A stretch of DNA of 64,000 bases from a virus: positions 56,328-120,327 of the IMG/VR virus record IMGVR_UViG_3300009408_000003. One strand, 5' to 3'. A program made the translations under genes and the position numbers. The stretch's first letter is position 1, and each line of letters begins with the position of its first letter. The notes beneath the pieces are model-generated. The model did not search any database. It saw nothing but the letters and a program-made list of their open reading frames with translations, and was not told the origin of the DNA. This document shows, one piece after another, positions 31,920 through 40,994 of the stretch.

Positions 31920-32753
31920 TTAATTTGCTTGTTCAAGTAGTACCCATTTTTTTCCAGTCCACTTATATAAGTTGCCAGTAGTATCAACTTGTCTAACTTC
32001 ATCAACATAAGTACCACCGCTATCAAATGGAAAATATGTTCTTAATATTGATTTAAACTTTATTATATTGCTACTGATACTAACTGATGCATCATTTGAA
32101 TTTTTTACTGAAGTAATTGCAGTAGGTTCTGGTGTTGCAGTTTTAGGATTTCCGAGTACTAAATCTGAACTTACTTTATTCAAATCAAGATTTTTCAATT
32201 CTTCTGAATGATCAAATCCAAGTTTACTAGTGGTTTCCACCAACCATCCACCAAAGGTAGAAACTGGTCTAAGTTTATCATCTGAACTTACTATCCAATT
32301 AATATGTTTTATAACAGATTCTTTATCATTTATCGTGTTTACCACACTAACTTCTGCATATTCTTCGGGTATTTTAAATTTAGGTAAATTCCAATATCTT
32401 GATAATTTAAAAAAGTCAATTTCAGCTATAGTTACATTATTTCTATTAAAAAACGGTTGATTTTGTTGAACAGCTTTATATAAGTCTCGCAAAAGAGCAC
32501 TAGAAATCCAATCTTCAAATTTAGTTTTTTGTTCATCAATATAAAATCTAATGATAAATCTAAACGAAATTGTTGGATTGGTTTTTAGTGTACCTAATTT
32601 TAAATCATCTAATGGTACATTAATAAATTTTATAAAATTTTTGGGATATTTTCCAGTAAATTTAATTGAATCATTATCTGCTGTATAAGAATTTTCGACA
32701 GCAATATTTTCTGGATATTTATCTCGTAATTCGTTTAATCCTTTATATTTCAT
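31920..32753 (-). CDS. Hypothetical protein
   Basis: 277-aa ORF preceded by ATATTTATA. Confidence 0.7.
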   Translation of the reverse strand: MKYKGLNELRDKYPENIAVENSYTADNDSIKFTGKYPKNFIKFINVPLDDLKLGTLKTNPTISFRFIIRFYIDEQKTKFEDWISSALLRDLYKAVQQNQPFFNRNNVTIAEIDFFKLSRYWNLPKFKIPEEYAEVSVVNTINDKESVIKHINWIVSSDDKLRPVSTFGGWLVETTSKLGFDHSEELKNLDLNKVSSDLVLGNPKTATPEPTAITSVKNSNDASVSISSNIIKFKSILRTYFPFDSGGTYVDEVRQVDTTGNLYKWTGKKWVLLEQAN

Positions 32754-32798
32754 ATATATAAATATGAAAGAAAAACAATTATTGCTGTTAGGAATAAT

Positions 32799-33005
32799 TT
32801 AAATATCCTCGTATTCAGGTTCTTTTATTTCATTACAAAAATAATATACTCCAGTTTTACCAGTTTTAAATGCTGATTCACACCCCAAGTATTTTTTCAT
32901 AGCATCGAGATTAGTAATTTGTTCAATTGGAGCTATTGCATGTATTAAGTATGGAGTTTTATTTATATATTGGATCGGTCTATAACGATTTATAAAAATT
33001 TTCAT
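32799..33005 (-). CDS. Hypothetical protein
   Basis: 68-aa ORF. Confidence 0.6.
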   Translation of the reverse strand: MKIFINRYRPIQYINKTPYLIHAIAPIEQITNLDAMKKYLGCESAFKTGKTGVYYFCNEIKEPEYEDI

Positions 33006-33025
33006 AATTTAAAAAAGATGTTTAT

Positions 33026-33268
33026 TTAATTCATTCCGGCTATAGAATACACGTGTCTACGTAACTCTAAACCTGGATATTTTTTATTATAGTGTATATC
33101 TAATACTATATTTTTACATACTACATCAAAATCTATTGGTATATTACGTATCGATGAAACTTCTTTATAAAAATCAATAATGTAAGTTTTTAATTTATCG
33201 GTTATTTTTATCCCATATTTATCAGCCCAATAATCAATAATATTATTATATTCGAAATCGTATGTCAT
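33026..33268 (-). CDS. Hypothetical protein
   Basis: 80-aa ORF. Confidence 0.6.
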   Translation of the reverse strand: MTYDFEYNNIIDYWADKYGIKITDKLKTYIIDFYKEVSSIRNIPIDFDVVCKNIVLDIHYNKKYPGLELRRHVYSIAGMN

Positions 33269-33504
33269 TACATAAATTTTTTAAATGGATGTGTTTTCCG
33301 TTCTATTTCCTTTTTTATTTCGGCGAGTTCTTTTGGACTATGTGGTTTACACCACGTATCCCATTCGATTGATGCCAAATAAGATTTCCAAGCTCCTTTA
33401 TAAATATTGTAAAATTTATCTTCAGCAATTTCTTGTGGAGTTCTACTACCTTTATAATTAGCATCACGCTCTAATTCATCAATATCAATATAATTATAAC
33501 TCAT
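33268..33504 (-). CDS. Hypothetical protein
   Basis: 78-aa ORF. Confidence 0.6.
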   Translation of the reverse strand: MSYNYIDIDELERDANYKGSRTPQEIAEDKFYNIYKGAWKSYLASIEWDTWCKPHSPKELAEIKKEIERKTHPFKKFM

Positions 33505-33677
33505 TATATATTATTGTAACGTCTTTTATCAAACCATAAACTTCTCTTTGTTCGGCTTATACCGGTCAATTTAGACATTTTTTGATTTAATCTTTCTCGT
33601 GTATCTACTATATTTTTATCTTGTATATACATAATTTTTTGGTTTAATTATTTATTTATTAAATAAAGGTACAAAAT

Positions 33678-33699
33678 AAAAGTGAGAATTCTCACTTTT
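33678..33699 (-). terminator. Palindromic terminator-like site after the Ro60 gene
   Basis: AAAAGTGAGAATTCTCACTTTT. Confidence 0.55.
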
Positions 33700-33705
33700 A
33701 TTTAA

Positions 33706-35325
33706 TTATATTTCGATGGTTTCTATTTCCTTAATTAATTTAGTATAACCTTTAGAGTTAATTTCAATTATATCAAATATTCTTTCAGACCATCCAGCAA
33801 TTTGAGTAACGTTTAATGCTCTATTAAAGACTGATTTTCCACCGGTTGCTCGTATGTTTACTGAAACAGTATTACATTTAGGGTTTATTAATTTAAATTT
33901 TTTAAACAATGATTGAAATGTTCCTAATCCTGCTCTTGATGAATAATCCCATCTACCTTCACCACCATGTCCAATAACCATATCAGAAAATATAACTAAA
34001 TTATCAACTTTAGTTTTATTTTTAATAACGTCACGCAAGAAGTAATACAACCCATTTTCAGTTGCTCCACCACAATTTCTACCCATTTTAAATGAATCTC
34101 TATTATGTTCTAATAATCCTTTTGTTCTATCCATTGGTACTAATATTAATCTATCGCCAAATAATCCAACATATACATTTTTTTGAGAATATGCTAACAT
34201 TGAACCAAATAGGTTTCCAATCATTGCAGTTGTAGTTTTTGAAAATGCTGATACCTTACTTGAACCGCCACCATCACCACGTACTGAACCGGAGTGGTCA
34301 ATTAATACTGCAGTATTACCTTCTAACATTGGAATATTTTCAACTGAATATTCTAAAGCTGTTTCTAGTCCTTTCAATATTTTAGTTTTAAGTTCATCCA
34401 TGTTTGGTATTGTATCGCCTTCAAACACAATTTTACTTTTGTTATATTTAGAAACCCCAACCTTTTCAATTTCAGTATATGCCGATGCAAATCTGAATGG
34501 TAATAATTTTGATTTTAATACCTTTCTTTTGTTAGTTAATTGAGATACTGCTTCATCAACTTTATTTGGAGCTAATGTTAAAATGTTTCTTAGATTTCTA
34601 ACTAAATTCATCATAGGCATACCTTGTACATTTTCAATCACATTTGTAATTGCTTCTTTTTTGGTTTCCTTAACATCTTTTCCGGTTTCTTTAGCTGTTT
34701 TACCAGCTTTAGTCATTTCTTTTTCAAAGATTTTAGATGAATATAATCCGTCTAAAGATTCGCCATTCATTAATCTTTTGTATGCTTCCGCATTAACTTG
34801 TGTACCTTTTGGGTGCATTAAGTTAACTAAATCAACTAAAGAAATTTCTTTCTTCTCCATTTTGTATTTATCAATTAAATATGGATCTAATGATTCCAAT
34901 TTTAATTTGAATCCTCGTTTAATTGAATTAGCAATTTTTGTACTTCCTTTTGAGAAATAATAAGCTAAGATTTCACTCATATCATCTGGTCTTTGTGCGA
35001 TTTTTTTATAAAATCTTGAAGCATATGATTTTCCGGATAATCTTGGTGCTAATTCTCCTGATAACAAGTGAGTAACAGAACGCATGTGTGAATCATGTCT
35101 TAAATACAATGCAAATTTAGCAACAAATTTTTCATCAACCTTTTTTATTGCTTCTTTAATTCTATTTACAATTTCATTTTCACTTTCGTAATATGAACGT
35201 TGTAAAAAGGTAGTTAAACAAGTTGCTAACAAATCTTCTTTTGCAGTTAGTTTATAAGCTTTTTCACCCATTTCATTTATAGTAGTTGGTACTACTTTTG
35301 GTTTTCTTTTGTTAAATTTTGACAT
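33706..35325 (-). CDS. rsr: Ro60/TROVE-domain RNA-binding protein with C-terminal vWA domain
   Basis: 539 aa; INEMGEKAY, FALYLRHDSHMRS, QRPDD, LLPFRF, MIDAS-like LIDHSGSV, IFSD, GWSERIF. Confidence 0.93.
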   Translation of the reverse strand: MSKFNKRKPKVVPTTINEMGEKAYKLTAKEDLLATCLTTFLQRSYYESENEIVNRIKEAIKKVDEKFVAKFALYLRHDSHMRSVTHLLSGELAPRLSGKSYASRFYKKIAQRPDDMSEILAYYFSKGSTKIANSIKRGFKLKLESLDPYLIDKYKMEKKEISLVDLVNLMHPKGTQVNAEAYKRLMNGESLDGLYSSKIFEKEMTKAGKTAKETGKDVKETKKEAITNVIENVQGMPMMNLVRNLRNILTLAPNKVDEAVSQLTNKRKVLKSKLLPFRFASAYTEIEKVGVSKYNKSKIVFEGDTIPNMDELKTKILKGLETALEYSVENIPMLEGNTAVLIDHSGSVRGDGGGSSKVSAFSKTTTAMIGNLFGSMLAYSQKNVYVGLFGDRLILVPMDRTKGLLEHNRDSFKMGRNCGGATENGLYYFLRDVIKNKTKVDNLVIFSDMVIGHGGEGRWDYSSRAGLGTFQSLFKKFKLINPKCNTVSVNIRATGGKSVFNRALNVTQIAGWSERIFDIIEINSKGYTKLIKEIETIEI

Positions 35326-35343
35326 AATTTTTATTGTTTTAAA

Positions 35344-35713
35344 TTAGTAATTTCTTTGTTTTTGTAATTTGTTTAACCAGTCTAATTCCTTAGCCGTTAA
35401 TAATCGATAAAATCGTTTACCATTACTTTCATATCCATTGTTAAATAATGAAACGAATTCTTCGGGTGTATATGTTCCATGACAATAATATAATCCATTA
35501 AGAATTACAATAGGGGTTGAAGTTGAATTAAACTGTTTTTGTAATTTTAATTTACCTACTGCATCTATAACACCAATATGCGATTCGCTTCTCTAACCAA
35601 AATGCATCATTACCTTCGTGGATAATATCTACATTTTCATTTTCTGAATTTAATTGGGTTACAAATTTTCCAATTAAACTCCTTATATCGTTTACTGTTA
35701 TAATTTGTCTCAT
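35344..35713 (-). pseudogene. Frameshifted hypothetical ORF directly upstream of Ro60
   Basis: MRQIITVND..AFWL then second frame ESHIGVIDAVGK..KQRNY*. Confidence 0.5.
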
Positions 35714-36216
35714 AATGTTAATAATTTTTCGATGTAATCGAACATTACTTCATATTCTTTGACATATATTTTATTTTTTAAATTTGGAAATTCACTTTTA
35801 TATTTTTTATACATTGATGAATTTGTCATTAATGAATACAATACATTTGATATTACATCACATAATTTCACATATATTGCTAATTTATTTTGTGATAAAT
35901 TTAAAAAATAATTATCATTATGACGTTCTTTTCTATTTTTTCCCTTTTCATCCGTACACGCATAGATTAAATCCGCAACGGGAACACCAGCAATATTTCG
36001 TATATCATTATAAGTTACACGAGCATCTTCAATTAAATCATGCCCCCAAGCTCCCATTTCAGTAATCTGTACTTCTACTTTACTAGATAACAGATGTTTC
36101 CATTTTATTGATTGAGCAGTTACCATTTTTAGATGAAATGAATATGGTAAAGCTGTATCATATTTTTGGTTGCAGACAATATCATGCTGTTTAATACAAT
36201 AATTTTTAAAATCCAT
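35710..36216 (-). CDS. HD-domain (p)ppGpp hydrolase-like protein (SAH/MESH1-type)
   Basis: YDTALPYSFHL, GHDLIEDARVT, VKLCDVISN. Confidence 0.8.
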   Translation of the reverse strand: MDFKNYCIKQHDIVCNQKYDTALPYSFHLKMVTAQSIKWKHLLSSKVEVQITEMGAWGHDLIEDARVTYNDIRNIAGVPVADLIYACTDEKGKNRKERHNDNYFLNLSQNKLAIYVKLCDVISNVLYSLMTNSSMYKKYKSEFPNLKNKIYVKEYEVMFDYIEKLLTL

Positions 36217-36580
36217 AATAATATTTTTTTTTATTTTATGATTATAATATCTAAAACGTATGCAATAAACAAGGTATAGATGCTATTGATATCAATTGAA
36301 TAATTAAACCTGAAACTAAATATACCGAATCTTCATTAATCCAAAATTTAATATTAGTTAAACAGATAAAAATATACAATATTCCCACAAAAGGAAGATT
36401 CCATAAAATCAATTTAATTTTTTTCATTATTTATAAAATTAAAAATATATTATTATCCGTTTACAAACGTTTCCAATTTAGGTATAATTTCGTTTCTAAT
36501 CTTGATTTTTGAATAAACTTAAATGTGTATTTTAGTGAATCATCAGTAGTTTTATAAGTGTATTCCATAATTTCTATTTT

Positions 36581-36898
36581 TTAATATGAACTAGATGGCC
36601 TTATTTGATTTTCTAAGAATGTAGTACTTTCAAATTCATCATCACTATGATTTGTTAATGAATGAAAATATTCAGATAATTCATTAGCCAAACCAACTAG
36701 TTTTGAATCGTCTCTCCAATTTTGGATAGTACAGTCATTCATAATTCTTCCTAGCATACCACCACCTAAATAATTTTGATATGCGGTCATCAAACCACCT
36801 TCATATTTTCCATTATCTATTGTATCAAGTGCAATTTCAATTCCACCTCCTCTATGTGAATAATCTAATCTTTCAGTTATTTTTTCAAAATCTCTCAT
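36581..36898 (-). CDS. Hypothetical protein
   Basis: 105 aa; AYQNYLGGGMLG. Confidence 0.7.
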   Translation of the reverse strand: MRDFEKITERLDYSHRGGGIEIALDTIDNGKYEGGLMTAYQNYLGGGMLGRIMNDCTIQNWRDDSKLVGLANELSEYFHSLTNHSDDEFESTTFLENQIRPSSSY

Positions 36899-37130
36899 AA
36901 TTTAAAATTTTAATGTTTATGTTTTAATAATTTATACTGTAAATATACAAAATATATTTCATATATCCTAATTTATTTGCATAAAAAAAAGGGACTAAAA
37001 TTAACTAAAATTTTAATCCCCTATAGTTTAAACGATAATATCCGGCTTTTTAGAATTATCATGATTATTCATCATAATTTTCACGTATTCGGTTTTATTA
37101 GATACTGGCTTTAATTATCGTTTATTTATT

Positions 37131-37188
37131 ATAAGGGAAAAATTGATATGAGAATATATTAATTTAATTTCAATACTTACCACTTATT
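37131..37188 (-). ncRNA. Degenerate minimal member of the Y-like stem family
   Basis: 5' AATAAGTGGTAAG / 3' TTTTTCCCTTAT, lacks TACTTCG. Confidence 0.35.
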
Positions 37189-37197
37189 ATATTATTG

Positions 37198-37325
37198 GTA
37201 AGGGAATATTTAAAAGAGTGTCATTGTTTAAAAACGCAGGGTCGAATCTGCTACCTTTTATTTTGAATATAAATGCTCTACTATGAGCTAATTTTTACGA
37301 AGTACCTCTGTTTATTACCACTTGC
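37198..37325 (-). ncRNA. Y-like RNA A: conserved stem enclosing a tRNA-like core with UCA anticodon
   Basis: CAAGTGGTAA..AGAGGTACTTCG-[TAAAAAT, D arm GCTC/GAGC, TTTAT-ATTCAAA-ATAAA, imperfect T arm, GTTTTTA]-ACACTCT..TTCCCTTA. Confidence 0.65.
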
Positions 37326-37384
37326 CGATATTTTAAAGAACGTTTTTGTTTCTTAATTCATATTGAATAGAAAAACATTTTTTG

Positions 37385-37458
37385 TATTCCGAGTAGGACT
37401 TGAACCTACGACCACCAAGGTATAAGCTTGGGACTCTGACCAACTGAGTTATCGGAAT
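37385..37458 (-). tRNA. tRNA-Ile(TAT)
   Basis: Cloverleaf; CCAAG-CTTATAC-CTTGG. Confidence 0.9.
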
Positions 37459-37662
37459 AGTTATGAAGAGTCATTGTGGCAAGAGAACCGAGACTCTTCA
37501 TTGTTTGTTATAGATTATTTTTTGTTGTTACTTGGATAAACCTATTTTCTTAAAAATTCCATAGTTTAGACGAAGTCAAACTTTAACCTTATTATGTCTG
37601 ATTTCAATTGTTTTGAATGAGCAATACTGGATACATAATCATCCATAGCGTAAAAACAACTC

Positions 37663-37740
37663 TGGTAGCGAGAGCAGGATTCGAACCTGCGTCGTTCAGC
37701 TTATGAGACTGAGCTGGGGCCATCTCCAGTCTATCTCGCG
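37663..37740 (-). tRNA. tRNA-Met(CAT), initiator-like
   Basis: Mismatched 1:72 pair, CT-CAT-AA loop, encoded CCA. Confidence 0.9.
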
Positions 37741-37869
37741 ATTTATTTTTTAAAAAATTAAACATTGTTGTAAACTACGTTAGTAGTATCAGGAATATTT
37801 TCACTGGGTTTCCTGTTTTTATGCCAGATTTATTTTTTATAATTTCATACTGAAGTATGATTTTTTAAA

Positions 37870-37941
37870 AATAAGAGAAATTTGTAATGAGTGTTTTTTT
37901 CATTTAGACAATCGAAGTAACTCATTTACTTACTACTTATT
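37870..37941 (-). ncRNA. Y-like RNA B: minimal stem-only member
   Basis: AATAAG-TAGTAAGTAA-ATGAGT-TACTTCG..ACTCAT-TAC-AAATTTCT-CTTATT. Confidence 0.65.
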
Positions 37942-37953
37942 TATATTTTATTG

Positions 37954-38026
37954 AGCTTTTAATGAGATTTGAACTCATGATCTCGTTCTTACCAAAAACG
38001 TGTTCTACCTGCTGAACTATAAAAGC
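37954..38026 (-). tRNA. tRNA-Thr(GGT)
   Basis: CGTTT-TTGGTAA-GAACG. Confidence 0.9.
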
Positions 38027-38032
38027 AATTTA

Positions 38033-38144
38033 AGAGTTTACTAGAGGCTATTGGGGGCTATCAGCGGAGAATATTTTCCTCTGTTAATTCAGATTCCCAA
38101 TCTTAATTTCCGTCTAATCTAGCCTTTTACGCTTGATAAACTCT
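38033..38144 (-). ncRNA. Unidentified structured RNA (~112 nt)
   Basis: Nested stems AGAGTTTA/TAAACTCT, AGGCTA/TAGCCT, TTGGG/CCCAA. Confidence 0.5.
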
Positions 38145-38248
38145 GTATTAAATTATAATCATGATTGTTCGGTCACAGTATGTTCTTCTAAAACTAATAC
38201 CCCCTCTGTATTTTGATTATCTTTACAGATATTTTAAATAAATTTTTG

Positions 38249-38323
38249 TACTCCAGATGGGGTTCGAACCCATAAAATTTAGTTTCTAAAACTAAAATGT
38301 CTAGCCATTTGCATCACCGGAGC
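38249..38323 (-). tRNA. tRNA-Leu(TAG), short variable loop
   Basis: TTAGT-TTTAGAA-ACTAA; no long variable arm. Confidence 0.85.
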
Positions 38324-38334
38324 ATATAAAATAA

Positions 38335-39420
38335 AATGCTGAGATTACACATTTTCTGTTAATACTTTTGTTTTCGTACCGCCAAACTGCTAAGTTTTTT
38401 GTTAAAAACGTATCCACTCATAACTTATGAGTTTATCAACATTACCGCCTTTTTTAAAGAGTGGCATTTCTCTTATCATAATAGAACTACTCGATTTTTG
38501 TTTTTCTCCCAACCTTTAGAGCTGTTAGTGGTCGCTAAACCATTAGATGCAAACTCTAATCAATTATCATCCACCTTGCGAGTTTCAGATAAACTACATT
38601 CCCGAATGGGTGTAGTATTAGGTAATTTGTTTTCTATTATTGTTAGGGTCTTTACGTTTTATCAATTTAATGATGGGATGTATAGGGTTTGAACCTATGA
38701 CACCTTGTGTTTAAAAACAAGTGCTCTACCAACTGAGCTAACTTCCCTAAAGTTAATTTTTCACTTCGATGTGCCCTAACGGTTGTTTCATACTCTTTTG
38801 AAGTACAAAATGCAACACACCAACTGTGTTTCAGATTACCAATCCTACTGTACGGTACTTCTAGTCTACACCGGAAAACAATAATGTTCCTTTCAACTAT
38901 AATACTGATTAATTGCTCTAATACTGGCGGTACTTGAACTCAAAATCTACAACTTATTCTGTTTTGGTTTTATTGAGGTAGTATCTTATAAGATAGGTAC
39001 TAACCTATTTGAACTCACCGAACGGCTCTGTTCTTATCCTTTCCTAAGGGTCTTACTTTAATTCAATTTCCTAAAAAATTGAAAACTTTCAATTTACTCC
39101 ATATTCACCATCGGTAATTAATGATGCCCCGTATAGGTTTACGGTTGAAATGTTGCTTGTTTAAACAAACCTAGTTATAGGCGGGTAGATGTGAATTTCT
39201 ATCCCTTTCGATATCTCACGATACCATATTTTTGTCTTAACCGAAGTTAAAGTAGGATGTTAAGCCACCCTTGTATCTTTATTAATGCAGTATATTCATT
39301 ATTTCTTATGTAAGTACCAATGTATAAATAATTATTTGACAATTACATGAGGTTTCAATGTTTATGTCGGATATGTACCATTATAATGATACATAATTAA
39401 CATTATTAAATAAATGACTT
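38335..39420 (-). ncRNA. Giant structured RNA, GOLLD-like, with embedded tRNA (5' boundary uncertain)
   Basis: No sense-strand ORF, many helices, UUCG/GCAA/GAAA loops, AGAG-AAATGCCA-CTCT..AAAAAAGGC pseudoknot at 38445-38476; family call from remembered motifs, not searched. Confidence 0.65.
38674..38747 (-). tRNA. Atypical tRNA with Val-like body and 8-nt anticodon loop (TTTTAAAC)
   Basis: GGGAAGTTAGCTCAGTTGGTAGAGC..CTTGT-TTTTAAAC-ACAAG..GGTTCAAACC..CATCCCA. Confidence 0.75.
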
Positions 39421-39549
39421 TAATAATACATTAATGTTTTTCAATATTTTAATGAACGTATTTTTTTAATAGTTTTGTGTTACAAAGATACGAAAAAATA
39501 TTTAAATATCCTAATTTTTTCTTAGTTTTTTTTAATTATTTTTAAAGTA

Positions 39550-39738
39550 TTAAATTCTACTTTTCAAAGTTGTTATCTCTGCTTCAATTCGTCTAATATC
39601 TCTATCAGATAATTTTATCATATTAGTACCATGTTTTTCTGGTTTTGTTTTACGTTTCAATTGTGACTGTAAACGTTTTAACGCTGACAATCTTCGTTCA
39701 GTTACTAATACGGTATGTGATACTTTTCGTTTATTCAT
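39550..39738 (-). CDS. Small basic hypothetical protein
   Basis: 62 aa. Confidence 0.6.
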   Translation of the reverse strand: MNKRKVSHTVLVTERRLSALKRLQSQLKRKTKPEKHGTNMIKLSDRDIRRIEAEITTLKSRI

Positions 39739-39742
39739 AATG

Positions 39743-39931
39743 TTATAAATTATTGTTTAATTTATTTTTTGGATGTTTATACATAATAAATATAATAATT
39801 GGTATTATAATAAGGAATGGTTCATTATATATTAATGAAACAATTCCACAACTTGAAAGTGTTGATAATATAATTAAAAATATTTTTTGTAATAGTGTAA
39901 ATGATTTAAAATGCTTTATAATGTTATTCAT
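39743..39931 (-). CDS. Small membrane protein
   Basis: 62 aa, 2 TM. Confidence 0.5.
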   Translation of the reverse strand: MNNIIKHFKSFTLLQKIFLIILSTLSSCGIVSLIYNEPFLIIIPIIIFIMYKHPKNKLNNNL

Positions 39932-39977
39932 TAATTTTTTATAAAAACTTGGGTTGATAAAAATTTTTTAGCAATTG

Positions 39978-40051
39978 AGGAATCGGCAGGATTCGAACCT
40001 GCGAACATCTGGGTTGCAACCAGTTCCCTTAAACCACTCGAGCACAATTCC
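39978..40051 (-). tRNA. tRNA-Cys(GCA)
   Basis: CTGG-TTGCAAC-CCAG, U73. Confidence 0.92.
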
Positions 40052-40057
40052 ATAAAA

Positions 40058-40150
40058 AAATAGTAATATTTTTAGCTCCATTGGTCTCTGCACGTTACCA
40101 CAGATTTACTCGTTCGAGGCAGACTTTGTACCAAGTATTGATTACTATTT
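40058..40150 (-). ncRNA. Unidentified structured RNA 1
   Basis: AATAGTAAT/ATTACTATT, TTGGT/ACCAA, TCTGC/GCAGA, CTCG/CGAG. Confidence 0.55.
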
Positions 40151-40153
40151 TTT

Positions 40154-40289
40154 AAAATATATAAAGTTTGTGTCACTAATCACAACTACGTACTTATAGG
40201 TTTATATTATTTTATGTGGTATTTACCCACCCGCAAGTTGTACGTTACCCTACTCGAATAGTGTTTTTGTTTATGACTCTATATATTTT
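40154..40289 (-). ncRNA. Unidentified structured RNA 2
   Basis: AAAATATATAGAG/CTTTATATATTTT, ACGTAC/GTACGT, GTGG/CCAC. Confidence 0.5.
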
Positions 40290-40296
40290 AATTAAT

Positions 40297-40391
40297 ACAT
40301 AACATAAAAGAATACCTTAATTTCTTTTTTATGATTTATTTCCGTGATGTTTTCTCACCTTGTCTGAGCTAGGATTTTTATAATGTTATGT
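40297..40391 (-). ncRNA. Unidentified structured RNA 3
   Basis: ACATAACAT/ATGTTATGT closing stem directly after promoter 40468. Confidence 0.4.
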
Positions 40392-40511
40392 AAAAAATAA
40401 GATTGTTCTGTTTATATCTATTTGAACTATTATTGATGTCTATCTTATTTTTCTTTTTTTTATTTACATAAAGATACGAAAAAATATTTACATATCCTAA
40501 TTTTATTTCAA

Positions 40512-40970
40512 TTATTTTACTTTTAATTTTAAATTAATTATTGATGCCCACGCAAAATCATCTGTTGGTATAAACTCAATATCTGATTTAGATAAACTAT
40601 ACCAGCATAAATCACAATTCCATAACGTATTAATTATACCCTTTTTAAATTTCTTTAAATTTTTAGGATATACTTTAGGAACATTACATTTTAATATAGG
40701 AGGCAAATATTTATTAGCCATTTTATTCTGATGCTGTAACCATTTTTTATGACAGTCACTAGTTATATCATCAGTACTACTAGTGTTGCCACCCCAACTA
40801 TATGAATTTTTTAATTTAGCATCAAGTAATTCACATTTTTTAGTATCCGATTTTGATAATTTAACAATATTGTTAGATAATATCATATCAGTTGATAATG
40901 TTGGTAAATATTTAAAAAGTATATATTCACCAACATATATTCCTAATTGATAGTCAAGATTTTTGCTCAT
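40512..40970 (-). CDS. Hypothetical protein
   Basis: 152-aa ORF. Confidence 0.7.
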   Translation of the reverse strand: MSKNLDYQLGIYVGEYILFKYLPTLSTDMILSNNIVKLSKSDTKKCELLDAKLKNSYSWGGNTSSTDDITSDCHKKWLQHQNKMANKYLPPILKCNVPKVYPKNLKKFKKGIINTLWNCDLCWYSLSKSDIEFIPTDDFAWASIINLKLKVK

Positions 40971-40994
40971 TTATGTTTTTTTATAAATTTAATA

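Noticed and set aside
37198-37325. tRNA-Sec call for the UCA element
   Set aside because: It has no long variable arm and no extended acceptor/T fold, and there are no sel genes in the window.
37540-37600. Additional Y-like family member (AAAGTTTGACTTCG)
   Set aside because: It has a partial 5' motif but no convincing complementary 3' strand.
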